This document shows, piece after piece, positions 39,894 to 53,209 of a DNA stretch of 64,000 nt (position 1 is the first letter of the stretch; each line of letters begins with the position of its first letter). This DNA is from Lingula anatina (taxonomy: Eukaryota; Animalia; Brachiopoda), in the NCBI GenBank assembly GCA_051362555.1, contig CM120640.1, positions 51,996,788 through 52,060,787 on the forward strand, given 5' to 3'. The translations under genes were made by a program, and so were the position numbers. The notes under the pieces are model-generated. The model was not told the DNA's origin. It saw only the letters and a program-made list of their open reading frames with translations, and searched no databases.

Positions 39894-42800
39894 GTAAGCT
39901 GCGAACTGTCAAACTTAATTGTGTAGAGATGTTATATTTAATTATGTTTTGTTTTTGTTATCTTTTGTTTGTATTTGGATATTTTATGAGTGTGTGCTGG
40001 ATACTACATTCTGCCTGGCTGTGATATATTGATAATGCTATCTTGGTACTCATGTAGCACATGCATTTTTTCCTGATATATTGGTTAATTTTAGAGTATC
40101 TGAATTAATTTAGAAAAATGACAACAGTGCATTGAATGTTGGTCTTTTGTATATCTAACACATCGATTGTTGAATATACAACCATTTGTAGTTTTAGAGA
40201 TGTTTGGCCTTCTTGAATGGGATATTTTGAAAATTAATGCTGCAATAAAACTAAAAATTTATGATGATGTAATTGTGAAAATTTGCATTTGCTTTAAAAG
40301 TTGTGCATGGGACAAGTCTGGGAACACTGGCCTTGCTATTGATTGCTGCCACAAATTTAATACATCAGGTTGTCTGGGGCATTAAAACCTAATTGCCTAG
40401 TACAAGAATCAATACCCGTAATTGTCAGTGGATGAATGAGAGGCATATATGTGAAAAGGAGAATTTTCTGAATGTGCAGTCTGTGAAATAATGGTGTATG
40501 TTTAGCAGTAAGAGTTAGATAAGAACAGTCGCTTTCCTTTTAATTCTCATTTTGATAGCGACATATATACAGTAGTCATGTAGTTCAATTGATTACATGT
40601 GTCACTTATCTCCCCTGTAAGACATATAGTTTTGTATCTATGTATTAAGTAAAGAGAAATTACAGGGATATCATATAATGAATGTTTTATAGCTATAGAA
40701 GTTACAGGTATGGAGATTATCAGGCAGAGTGTTTCTCTGAATATACCAACATGACTAATGACTGATGTATGCGGGAGAGCAATTGATTTTGTTTTAGTAA
40801 TTAGGACAACTTATTGATTAAAAAACCATCAGGGTTACAGGGTAGACCTACTGGGTATAGACAACATGATATGAAATTTGATGACATTATTAGCATAGCT
40901 GAGGGAAATGGGACAGGGATAATGATAACACTTGAGGCAGATTTTATTAGCGTTGTTAGTTGCAAACAAAGTGCAGACACGAAATAACGAGATATGACAC
41001 GTAAAATATTTGTTTAAATTTCAAATTTTGTCAGTGTAGCTTTGAAGATAGAGGAATGGTTGAAGCACTGATTGGCTTGCCATCGTGAAAAGATTGAATA
41101 ATCATGATCTACAGAACATGATGTGTGGCCTGGCATGAACTGCAATTGATAGTTATTGTTAAGGGGTAGACACCTGTTCTACTGTAGTTGTTCAACTATA
41201 GAGCTGGTTTTGTTCTGTTGTTAATAACCATGATATCACTTTGAACAGTTTGATAAATAATTCTCATTCATATCCTGTACTAATGATGAAAAATTATAAT
41301 AATAATAATACATAGAGTATATCACTCGCATTAATCTACAAATAATACAACTACCAAGCACATAGAAAAAGGCCTTAGTGGAGAAAGTATGAATTCAATA
41401 ACATTCTTGATTGAAGGAGGCAACATTGTTTCTTTTCTCAGATGTAAGACTGAAATATTTTGCCAAAGTTTTCATAGCTTTCAAAGCTTTTACTGCCTCA
41501 CTTCAATTGTTTATTATAAAATGTGAATTTGTGACTTTTGCTTGCTTAGATATGTAAACACATAAGTTACCACATTGCATGCATTGCTAAATCAGTGTAA
41601 AATTAAGAAGTGATCTTTTTCCTCTTGAAATCGGGTGGGCAGTTTTGGCATTTTCTTGTTTCATTTGGTGTTGGTTTGCCTATGATATTGAAACCTTTTT
41701 CAATATGCAGATTGTGACTGCTGATTCAAAATCTTTCACAATTTTTATATTTCCTCTATCTAAAGTAAAGTCAAGGTATTTTTCTGTTTCAAAATTATTT
41801 AAAGCATATCACTTTAAATGCACTATAATGCAATAGTTAACTGTTGCAATGTGGATGATAGGGGTACTTCCAAGGGAATATTATAAGAAAAGGATTTTTG
41901 CTTAGAAATATATCCATTATTGGTTTTTATTGAAAACCTCATTGTAAAAAAGAAGTTGTTACATAATGTATTATTACAATGTAGGAATAAATGTACCCTA
42001 CCCATACCAGTGTGTTAGTGGAAATTATACAGTGACCGTGTATATATACCATTTGGTGGTGGAGAGTAAAATGTATTATAGCCATATATTCATAATACCA
42101 GGGCAATATGGTATATTTATGATCACTAATGACACATCTTATATTGCAGTCCTAATCTTCTTCAGCATGCTATCTCATGTATATGATTACAGCATTCATC
42201 TTCTTCAGTTTGGCTACCAAGAGGGCTGAGCGCCTTAACAACAGTGCCCAATGGATCTGTTTGCTGGTAAAAAGCATGCACAAGTGATCAGCCAGGCAGA
42301 ATGTTTGAGTGCACTTTTGTTTTTGGTTCCGTTTTTTTCTTGTAATAAAAGGCTTGCTTTCAGGTTATTGTTACTGACTCCTTTTTCACTCAGACATTTA
42401 AACACTTAGTTTTTGAAGTATATGCAAATGCCCCATTCCTAAATCAATGTAATGGAAATCCTGAAGGTGTTTATCTGCCCATTCCAGTGTGCCATACTCT
42501 CCATGATATGCATCGGTGCCAGGCAGTGTGTTTGTCTACAGAACATGAATTGATTGTGGTCAACCACTGAGGCAAATCTGGGGAAATTGGATAGAAAAAT
42601 AAAAACAACAAACAAAAACTGACACTTTACACACAAACATTTTGAAAACAAAAATGTGCAAGTTTGAGCAAACAGATAATTGCTACTTTCATATCAGAAT
42701 GTTTAGACACCAATTAAAAATGGCTTCAAAAATTAAAAAAGAAGGGAAAAAAAGCTTTTAAACATGCTGAGATAACCTTTGGAATAGATGTATATTATTA

Positions 42801-43865
42801 TTTTGGTTAGTCTGCCATAAATGTTGAATATACAGGGGATACACTGTATCACTCCATTTGGTCCTAGGTAGTTTTCTGCTAAAACCCTGCCCTTTGAAGG
42901 CATTTATCACATAAAAATGGTATAAATTTGATACTGGCCTCCTTACTTCTGTGACCTTTCCATAACCAGGCTTCTATAATTTCACAAATGTCATAAGCCC
43001 AGTAACCCTTTCATTTGTGTGGTTATCTGTTTTTCTTTTTTTATATGTCATAAGTTTATATACTGATAGTTATGAAATATTTCTGATTGTAAAATTTTGA
43101 TATTCTTGAGAAGATGTGCCAAAGATGAGCACGATGCCATTGTAATTTCATCTGGATACACATATCATATATTTGAGTGTTGACTTTCTGCTTTTGAAAT
43201 TTACAGTTATGAAATATTATCATGCAAGTAGGTTTTAAAGTTAATACTTTGTACTCTGACAAGTAACTGGAAAAGTGTGTGTTTTGTGAACAGCTTTTAC
43301 AATTTTGTATTTTTCTTATTAGTGCATGGGATTAATGTATAACATATTTTAATATATTAAAATGCACAGATATTCAGTTTTGAAAATTGTTTATACATAT
43401 CTGTTGCAGGCCAGATTTAAATCCAGACAGAAATTACATCTGCCAATTCAAAAACATATTTTTGCTTTCCTAGTTCTTTCTGGCTTTATTAAGGATGTTA
43501 AAAATCTATGCATAATCTGAAATTGACTGACTTGATTTTCAATCTGGCCAAGCTGATTATCTGCCTGGATATAACTGAAATATCAATCTGGCCTTGGCAG
43601 ATTTAAAATCTGCCTGTATTTCAGGCCAGCCTGTGACTATATATATATTTTTTAAATTCATTTTTTGTTGCAAATGTACAATGATAATTTCACAATGAGG
43701 ACATTTAGATTCTGATCTGCCTTAAATTATTATTTTAAATATCAGAATTCTCTTAGTAGTTTCAGTCAAATAGTTATTGTACAAAATAATTGACTGCTTT
43801 ATGATCAGATCAGTATTTGCCACACATACAGGTTGTGACTTATTTGTTTCTCCAATGAATACCAG

Positions 43866-44029
43866 GTGCTGTTGGGGGTGGTGATGATGAATCAAAGGGA
43901 GAAGAGGGTGAAGCAGGGGAAGACCCAGAAGTTGCAGAAGCCAGGAGAGAGGCAGAGGAAAAACGCATTGAGAAACATCGAAAAATGGAAGAGGAAAGAG
44001 AAGAGCTGAGGCAGGGCATAAGAGACAAG
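43866..44029 (+). CDS. cpx: Complexin coding exon 2 (accessory and central helix)
   Basis: ccag|GT...AAG|gtaaca. Encodes GAVGGGDDESKGEEGEAGEDPEVAEARREAEEKRIEKHRKMEEEREELRQGIRDK. Confidence 0.95.
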
Positions 44030-44535
44030 GTAACAACCAATTTCTGACAAATAAACGAATCACAGTCCACAGATTTTGAATACTGTTGTGAAATTAATTA
44101 GATATTTTTAAACCTGCATGGCATGCTTCATACTTTCTTTTAATAAAACACAGGAAAATTGATATATGAAAAAAGAGGATTTCTTATACAAGTCCAGTTT
44201 CATATTTCATTTCTTTTGAATTCCGAACTAATCCAGGGATGCTGGGTTAGAATACAGTCTTGTGGCACTAATGAACAGCACACAAATGGATTTTGAAATG
44301 GTGACCTTTAAGTCTGTCACTGTAGCTAATTCTTTTGTATGTTTGTGCTTTTTGCACAAATAAAAAATGTCACATAGTCTCAATTTTCTTGGAAATAGGT
44401 TTTAACATGCAATTTTCTTCTTTTGAGCAAGGAAATGATTGCGTGTTTTTTTTGTTATGGCAAAAACTAATTTTATGCATACGTGCACTTGAGAAAATTT
44501 GATATTTCTGATAAAGGGGACGAAAGTGATACTAA

Positions 44536-44750
44536 GAATGCATTCCCATAGATTTAGATCGATCCATCTAGATCAACCTAACTCCCTTGGGGTTCATGCT
44601 AAATTGCTGTCAGCCGAGCGCGCACGGTAGTTAATTACCCCCTTACAGCTTTTAGTAGACGGGACAGACACTTAAGCCGGCTAAGCTGACAGTAATCTAG
44701 TGAGACTCCCCACAGGGATAGATCGATCTAAAATCTATGGAAATGAGGTC
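44536..44750. mobile_element. MITE, PIF/Harbinger-like, TAA target duplication
   Basis: TAA|gaatgcattcccatagatttagatcgatc ... gatcgatctaaaatctatggaaatgaggtc|TAA. Confidence 0.8.
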
Positions 44751-45026
44751 TAAGATTAAACAAAGTCTTTTTAGATTCTGATCTATGCCAAATGATTATT
44801 CTAATCTTCATGGCTCTCTGAAAGGTTCATTTCTATTGTGATTCCCGTTATTTGCCTGTATCAACATTGCTATCATGTATCTTGACCTTCATGCTGGTAC
44901 TTCCATAGAGTATTTCCATTACATATGTTGATTGGTCTGCAGAATGTGACTTGTGGAATAAAGCAATTCAGAGCATTGCATAATTGATGAATTTAACAAG
45001 GGCAACTTGAATACTGTTTTATAATG

Positions 45027-45027
<1 letters not shown>

Positions 45028-45100
<73 letters not shown>
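45028..45100. repeat. (AC)n microsatellite
   Basis: Direct reading. Confidence 0.95.
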
Positions 45101-45102
<2 letters not shown>

Positions 45103-45825
45103 GCTGTATGTTTGGACCTAGCCCTCTGACTCTGCAGACAGTTTCCTTCAAACATTGTTAGCATGCATTTAATGATTTATCCTGGCTGCCAACAAATAGC
45201 TTTGTGAAGCCATGACAAGCTTATTTCACACCATTATGGCCCCATTACTGCCACAATATTGCCTTTATTGCCAAAGCTTCCTTTCTATTATTGATGAACT
45301 CTCTTGTGAACTATTTTTAGTATTATTAAAACTAACGAGATCTAGTTGAGGTGAAAACAGAACTTTTAAAGTTTGAGAATAAAATAAATAGAGAGAGATG
45401 CAAGAGAGAAATCTTTTTTCTGGAAAAGAAAGAGACCAATGAACTGTTACACTGTTAAGAGATGGTTTGATGTAAGAAGAGGATGCCTTAATTGTTGCTG
45501 GTTGTATTGATATATGAAGAGCAAATGCATGTATGCATTTCAAATTATCTGCAGGAGTTGGACATCACCTGCATTTCATATTATTTACAATTAACTATAA
45601 TACCAGGAACATTGGCATCAAAAGCAGGCCTTTGAACCACTTTCAAATCTTTGATATCACAATGCATACACTTCAAAACAATCTTTCTATATTTTAGACA
45701 TGTTCAGAGCTGGTTCAGCAAGAACTGGAAGTAGTCTGGCTATATACCTGACAGTCATAACTGGATGTTCTATTTGCTTAACATGGGGATTGAAATTTAT
45801 ATGTCCCAGTGATGACATCAGTTAA

Positions 45826-46159
45826 ACTGGGTTCCCATAACTAGATTGATCTAACGAGATCGATCCATCTCTGAGGGGTTTCTCACTAAATTGCTTTCAG
45901 CTTAAGTGGGTTTGATGTCTGGCACGCCTACTGAAGCTGCTAAATGATAATCAATTACCCCCTAGCAGTTTCAGTAGGCATAACAGACATCTAAGTTGCT
46001 TAAGTTGATTGAAATTTAGTGAGAATCCCCTCAGAGATAGAGCGATCCACAGTTAGTACAATAGGGTCTGGTCCACAGTTAGTACAATAGGGTCTGGTCC
46101 ACAGTTAGTACAATAGGGTCTGGTCCACAGTTAGTACAATAGGGTCTGGGAATGGTCCC
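45826..46159. mobile_element. Related palindromic MITE with an internal 26-bp x4 tandem expansion (46046-46149)
   Basis: actgggttcccata...gatcgatccatctctgagggg.ttctcactaaatt pairs with aatttagtgagaatcccctcagagatagagcgatc. tccacagttagtacaatagggtctgg occurs four times. Confidence 0.7.
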
Positions 46160-46291
46160 TTAGACTGGATTGGATCTAAGCCAGGAATTGTGTACCCAAT
46201 GTCATATACCTCTACTGTTTTGTATTGTCTTATTAAGGTACAATATGTAAAATTGCATACATTTTTGTTTAATTTTGTTTTTAAATTTAAG

Positions 46292-46421
46292 TACGGCATC
46301 AAGAAGAAGGACCCCTTTGCTATAATGGAGGACCCAGATATGGAAGGACGTCTTGGAAGAAAAAGAAAAACCCCAGCCGAACTTGCAGCAGAGGCACAGG
46401 CAGCAGAAGAGGATGAAGGAA
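46292..46421 (+). CDS. cpx: Complexin coding exon 3
   Basis: tttaag|TAC; YGIKKKDPFAIMEDPDMEGRLGRKRKTPAELAAEAQAAEEDEG. The donor A|gtaatc (phase 1) is weak, so the 3' boundary is less certain. Confidence 0.9.
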
Positions 46422-47590
46422 GTAATCTCTTATGTTGTTGTATGGGCTTTGCATAATTAAGATGGGGATATGTATTAATTTTGCAAATGTACTTGACTTC
46501 CACACTCATAAGCAATTTCTTTGATATTGTAGTTATGTAGATCTTACTTATTACTTGTTAAATGTTCAGGTATATTCAGATATTGTTATGTTTACATTTT
46601 ATATGGATTGCCATGGTCACTGCATTTGGCAGTATTGATAAGGCAAAACCTATTTATTTCATGAGTGCAAAATTTGTAATGAGCATAATAATGTGCAGCT
46701 GGTGCTTTTGGATTTTGCATATTCACTAACCCATTTCTTTTGAATTTTTTAAGCCATTTATTTATGGAGCAGAAAAAATCTTAATATTTTGGTGCAGTAT
46801 CCATTTCTTCTTCTGTTTTGCCAGAACTAAACCACAATGACCGTGTTGTTTTGGGTTAAATGGACACAAAAGCCAGAAATAAACAGACTGTTTTTGACTG
46901 TTTGAGCTTACTAAATTCTCATGTAAAACAAAAGTTTGCATAAAAAGTACTCTATCTTTTGTGTGATTGATGGATAAATATTATCGAAAGCACATTTAAT
47001 ATTCCAAGCTGAGACACCCTGAGCTTGAAAGCAGATGTGTGCCAGCTTAATTCTTATAATTATCAAACTTTCATATGCCTTCATTTACCAGCTCCGACAT
47101 TCAGTGGCAAGTTTGATTATAGTTTACCAAATGCAAAATTGGTTATCAGGAATTCCAAGCTTCCACAGAAGGGCATGTGACATACTTACTTCCATCAAAT
47201 GTGACAAGCAGGCAAGCATTGAAATTTGATAATGAAGATGCTGGTCGGCATTGTCTCTGAAACTCTGGTTTAGTAAAGAGTATGCTTTATGGAAAATGTG
47301 GAAAAATGCAAGCAGGATTTTTGAATGGAAGTGATCTCTCAGTAATAAAGCAAAATAACTATGCCCAATAAATAAAGCACATGAATTTCCTCAAGCAGGA
47401 CACTACACTGAGTTTGAAATTAATAATAAATGCTGAAAGCTCAATGATTAAATGAATGGAATATATTTGAAGATCAAGTATATTCAAGTTTAAGTGTTAA
47501 CCCTTATGCCACATTTAGTTGCTTTTTTTACAGGTCGATAGTGGCATGATATATAATGGACAGTTGTGTATTTCATTATTTATTTGGGTA

Positions 47591-49606
47591 TAATTGTACC
47601 ACCAGCGTAGGCGCTGGCGGTACCCATGGTTTTAGTCCCGACCTGTATGTTCCGCCGGCTCCGCCGCCAAGTCACCATTACCGCTTCTCCTCCTAGACTC
47701 CTGTACCCATCTCTTGGATTTAGGTCACCTATAATCTCAACTGGTTCCACGTAAAATTTGGGCTTTGTCGGTATTGGGGTCTAGGTGTGGCACTCATTGC
47801 AATGCACCCTTGTCTAAAAATGGCAAAATTAAATGCTAATTATCTACCCTACGGAAGGAGTTATGGGAAAAATTTCTACAGACAGCTTTCCAAAAGTCAT
47901 ATGTGTAGATTTAAAATATGCCCTTGGATTTGACCTTTGACCTTTATTTCAAGGTCAAAAGGGCCAAAATTTAAAAAAAAATGAAATTTTTTATGAAAAA
48001 ATTTTTTTTTGCCCTGTTATTCAGACACCACACAGACTAATATTATTGGAAAGTGTTACCCTTCGGGTCATCTTTCATCTCCGTGAATTTGGGGTCAATC
48101 GGTGCATTTTCACGGGAGTAGCGGCCGTAAAGTACCGAAACTGATAACTGTCTCTAATTCGGAACCGTTAATGCTACAGACCCATTCTTTTTTGCATTTT
48201 GTAGAGCATGTAAAGGCCAACACTGTAGATGGTCTCCGTTTTTTTGTATTCCATATGGTTTTCAAATTACGCTGTATCAAAAAGTACATATTGGTGGTGA
48301 AAGCAAAATGTGCAGTACGGTAATGGATAATAAATTTTGAACTCTGGAAAAATAATACATAAGGCTTGGCAAAGCAGACAACTTGTGGTCAAAAATGACA
48401 TTATTTCATCAAATTTGAACTTCTGGAACTTCAGAGCACTTCCTATTTTAAGAATTTTGACCAAAATGATGTTTTCTTTATTTTAATTAATCTTTTCTGT
48501 AGGAAATTTATGGCACATTATGGTAACTCCAAAATTATAACATTTAGTCCCTTATATCTCCAAAACTGGCAGAGATAGGTCCATAGTTACTATTGAACTT
48601 GAATAGGAAGTCATATAGTGGCAATCTTACTGTGACCTTGAAATTGACCTTTGACCTACTTTTCACCATGAACTGAACTTTGCAAATTTTGATTCCCTTT
48701 TATCTCCAAAACTGGCAGAGATAGTTCCATAGTTACTATTGAAGTTGAATGGGAAGTCATATACTGGCAATCTAAATGTGACCTTAAAATTGACCTTTGA
48801 CCTACTTTTCACCATGAACTGAACTTTGCAAATTTTGCTTCCCTTATATCTCCAAAACTGGCAGAGATAGATCCATAGTTTCTATTGAACTTGAATGGGA
48901 AGTCATATACTGGCAATCTAATTGTGACCCTTAAATTGACCTTTGACCTACTTTTCACCATGAACTGAACTTTGCAAATTTTGCTTCCCTTTTATCTCCA
49001 AAACTGGCAGAGATAGGTCCATGGTTACTGTTGAACTTGAATATGAAGTCATATAATGGCAATCTAAATATGACCTTAAAATTGACCTTTGACCTACTTT
49101 TCACCATGAACTGAACTTTGCAAATTTTGCTTTCCTTATATCTCCAAAACTGGCAGAGATAGGTCCATAGTTACTATTGAAGTTGAATGGGAAGTCATAT
49201 ACTGGCAATCTAAATGTGACCTTGAAATTGACCTTTGACCTACTTTTCACCATGAACTGAACTTTGCAAATTTTGCTTCCCTTTTATCTCCAAAATTGGC
49301 AGAGATAGGTCCATAGTTACTATTGAACTTGAATAGGAAGTCATATACTGGCAATCTAAATGTGACCTTAAAATTGACCTTTGACCTACTTTTCACCATG
49401 AACTGAACTTTGATTGTACCATTTTTAGTTTCATATATTTTTTGCATATATTGAAAATTCTTGTTGATTGCATGTTTACAGCTTGTCAAGCACAAGACTG
49501 GTGGCTGTGTCCCTTATTTTGTGTATGTGGGGGTCTATACGAATGCGCTTGCTTCAGCTGGTGGTACAATATTCGGAGGCGGTATCGCCTCTCTGATCCT
49601 CTAGTT
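47591..49606 (+). mobile_element. Helentron-associated non-autonomous element (HINE-like), copy 2, in the last coding intron of complexin
   Basis: Reverse-complement homologue of 27638-29841: 5' taattgtaccaccagcgtaggcgctggcggtac ... 3' gctggtggtacaatattcggaggcggtatcgcctctctgatcctctagtt. Confidence 0.85.
48545..49412. repeat. Tandem array of ~6 x 146-bp units inside HINE copy 2
   Basis: TGACCTTTGACCT starts at 48645, 48791, 48937, 49083, 49229 and 49375 (exact 146 spacing). Confidence 0.95.
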
Positions 49607-50319
49607 AATTATCACTCTTAGTGCTGGGATATTAAATATTCTAAGGTAGTCAGTTGATGATTTGAAAAGAAAATGTAGTTATAGTCACCAAAAGCAAGTC
49701 TTACAAGCTTTGAATCTTTCTCAGCTCTTTTTGCCCTTCTTCTGTAAACAGTTTGAGGATATTGTCACCCTTCACCCAAAACTCCTTTTTTACTGCCTTC
49801 CATACATTCTTTTGGGTAATGAATAAATCTTCAGTGTTTAGTGACTCAATTAACATACATTTACACATAATCTAACGGATGATGTCATAATTGCGATTTT
49901 GAGATAAAATTAAAAAATACGTTTCTCAAATTTATCTTTTACCAGAGTGCCCATGATGACCATTTCAACGCCAATTTAATGACACTATTTAGTACTCCAA
50001 AACCAGGAGGATTGTAGCCTATACTCTGCTGGTGAACTCTGCCAATGTGATAAAGTCTTGATCAAGCATGAAGTTACACCCCATACTGATTGCTATCTCA
50101 CCTCCAAATAGAAAGGTGTTTGAGTTGCCTATACATTGCAATGAAAAAATATAAACACCGATATTTCATTTTTTCGAGGGTATTTTCATTGTTTTAAGCC
50201 AGCACATAGATATAGATGCATTATTGAATAATTAGATGCAGGAAAAACCTCATTTTCGGTGTCTGGATTATAATAAAGGTTTACAATATCCTTAAATTAC
50301 TATTTATTTATTTATTCAT

Positions 50320-50350
<31 letters not shown>

Positions 50351-52022
50351 TAGGGGTGAAAGTCAATTGAATATAGTATTTTTGTTTTACATAAATTGCA
50401 TTTTGTGTAGTTATAAGTTTAGTTTAGTTTTGATATTTAAATAACTTTGTCCTTGCAACACACATTAGTTATGTAGTGTAACTGCAGTAGAAGCATGGTT
50501 TGTTATCTTTTCACCACCATTCTGCCTGTAGCTATGAGTTCAATCCACTGTACACATTTCTGTTACTTTCTCTTGGTTCCCACCTTAATAGATTGGCGTG
50601 AGAGTGGAGTTACTAACAATTCCTGATTGTGTGTGCTTGCCATTATTATTATTATTTTTTTATACAAAAATGATTTAATCAGTTGATGCAAGAGAGGCAT
50701 ATTTCAGTTCTTGGTTCATTTCTACAATGTTTTGCTGATAAAGAAATATCTCAAAGTGCTGAAATGCTTTTTTCACTCAAAGCAATTAATCTGCATGAAG
50801 CTTCTTATTCTAGTTGAGCCCCCTTGATTTCTCAGGTGCAAAGTAAAATTAATCAATACTGGTGTCATGTTGCTGTTAGACCTAATGTTTACCCAAGCTA
50901 ACCTTATGTATGTAGTACCAAGCTTTGGGGATAGAACAGCACTAATGAAGATGAGAAAAAATTATTTAAATCTGCTCTTTCAGAATTGAATTTTGTTTGA
51001 TGAAAAACAAGCAAGTTAATTTGCTTTATTATACGTAATTAAAGGTCAAGCTCGCTGCCGCTGCTGCTAAAAGTGGAATGGTGAGATTTTAATGTTCAGC
51101 TGTTAATCAAATCGAGGATGCACATCTGCTAACTCTTTGGTCAAATGAAATGAGAAATGAGGAATGACGCAACGATGGCCTATCTGTTCCAATGGGGATT
51201 CCTGATGTCAAATGTGGCAGCCTAGCGGCCCAGCAGTGTGATTTAAAAAAAAAAAAGACTTGTGGGAAAGTCCTTTAGCATTTTTAAAAGTAGAAATTGT
51301 TTAAAAAGTTTAATGTTAAAAATTTTTCCTCAGCTTATCGGCATAATTTGGTTTGATTTTGATCAGTATGCTAGATCAGATATATCATATTGTTGTGTTT
51401 TAAATACAGTGCTATAAAATATATAGTATTTTTGTGAGAAAAGTACAACTACTTATTGAAAGATTGACCAAAATTACAAAAATTATCTTTTTTATACATT
51501 TCAAGTCATAGAAGTCATATATGAGTAGTTTAAAATTGGCTGAACTGCAGACAAATAATGTCCAAAATGCTAAGGAGTGTAATGGGGAATTACCCTCCGT
51601 CAATAAGTAAATTTTAATTTGAAAGATGGGTGATATAAATAATTTTATTACGTAAGTCAAATGTTGTACAAAAATCCTCAAGCTGGTAGGTAAGGGAAAG
51701 GAAAGAAAGCACTGCAATATTCAAAGTGTATACCCTATTGTCATCGATAGTGGCCTATTTTAACAGTTATGAGAATTGACTGTTATCTCTTCTAAAAAGT
51801 TAACATTGTGTTTGTTATCCTCATTATCCTAACCTGTACTTAAAGAACAAAACTGTTTGCATGAATGTGGTTGTAAGTTGTTTCCTCCTAGTTAAATATA
51901 CATATTGAGGGTTGGGCAGATGAACTTTACAACCAGCACATATATACTTAGGCCTTATGAACAAAATAGCGGTTCCTGATCTCAAGCCTCAAATTTGTGG
52001 TCATGAATGCCAAATTAATTAA

Positions 52023-52474
52023 GGGTTTGTTCACATGAAAAATCTATTTTCTAAAAATCTATTGGCAGTATCTTGTGATCACAGTCTGTGCCCTGAATAC
52101 CCCGCAGCGTAATTACTGGCAGCACGAGCAAGTTACTTCTAAAGCTGTAATTAATTCTCGGCTGCGCTCGGAGGAGATTCTGACACCTTGACGCATGCGT
52201 AGTAGGATCTCTAAGCTGTGGAGTTCATCAGTTTAGTTGTGACGACTCAAGCATACAGACCTGTATTATGGCTAATGGTAGTGCTTGTTGTTGCACAAAA
52301 TCGACAAACACATTTTTCAAAGCAACTACAACCGCCATTTACATAATTTCAGCTTTGGAAGTAACTCGCTCGTGCTGCCAGTAATTATGCCGCGGGGTAT
52401 TCAGGGCACAGACCGTGATCACAAGATACCGCCAATAGATTTTTAGAAAATAGATTTTTCATGTGAACGAACCC
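52023..52474. mobile_element. PIF/Harbinger-type MITE, 452 bp, ~130-bp terminal inverted repeats, perfect TAA target duplication
   Basis: TAA|GGGTTTGTTCACATGAAAAATCTATTTTCTAAAAATCTATTGGC... and ...GCCAATAGATTTTTAGAAAATAGATTTTTCATGTGAACGAACCC|TAA. Confidence 0.9.
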
Positions 52475-53108
52475 TAACTTCTCAAACCATGATTTCATGG
52501 CAATAGCCAAAAAATAGTGCATGCAAATGGGGAACTGTTACTCCCCTTACCTACAGTGTACCTGTCTAGAAAGTTCCATATGCCAGAGATTGAGAAAAAG
52601 AACCTGTATGTAACATTGAGAGACCTGGATTTTGGTTCACACTCTTTTATGTAATGCTCGCGACCTCTATTTTTACATTTGTGAAATCACAGTTTAAGTT
52701 GTTAATTCAGCCTTCATGATCACGATCCTTGACTCGAGATCACAAACCGTTATTATCATTCATGAGGCCTGATACTGGTCATAGGGCAGTACACGGCATC
52801 TCTGCAAGTCGTCTGATTAATCAATCGACATTGCCATCGGTAGTTAAAGCCCCTCAGTTCTCCCAGTTAACCTCTCTCCACTATTGGGCCTACACACAAC
52901 AACTGACCAGGAATAAATTGCATTGCAACCAATGGTGAACAAATCTTAATCACAAGGCCTGCAGATATTGCTGGTACTGATCATGAGTGAGGTTGACCTC
53001 ACTTGGCTATAAATGCCTCTTTATATACGTCTCCAGTGGCCCTTGGAACCTAGCGTGAGATTGGGTGATTGTTTTGTTTCATATGGTGTCTCCGTCTTGT
53101 CTTTCTAG

Positions 53109-53209
53109 GCCTCCCACTTCCTGGGAATTTGGGGGAACTAACATCTAAAGCTTCTGAACTGAAAGGAGAACTCACAGCTAAAGTAACAGAAAAGTGTACA
53201 GTGCAGTGA
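53109..53209 (+). CDS. cpx: Complexin terminal coding exon with CAAX prenylation motif
   Basis: tcttgtctttctag|GC; (S)LPLPGNLGELTSKASELKGELTAKVTEKCTVQ*. Phase 1 matches exon 3; total protein 149 aa. Translated by hand. Confidence 0.9.
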
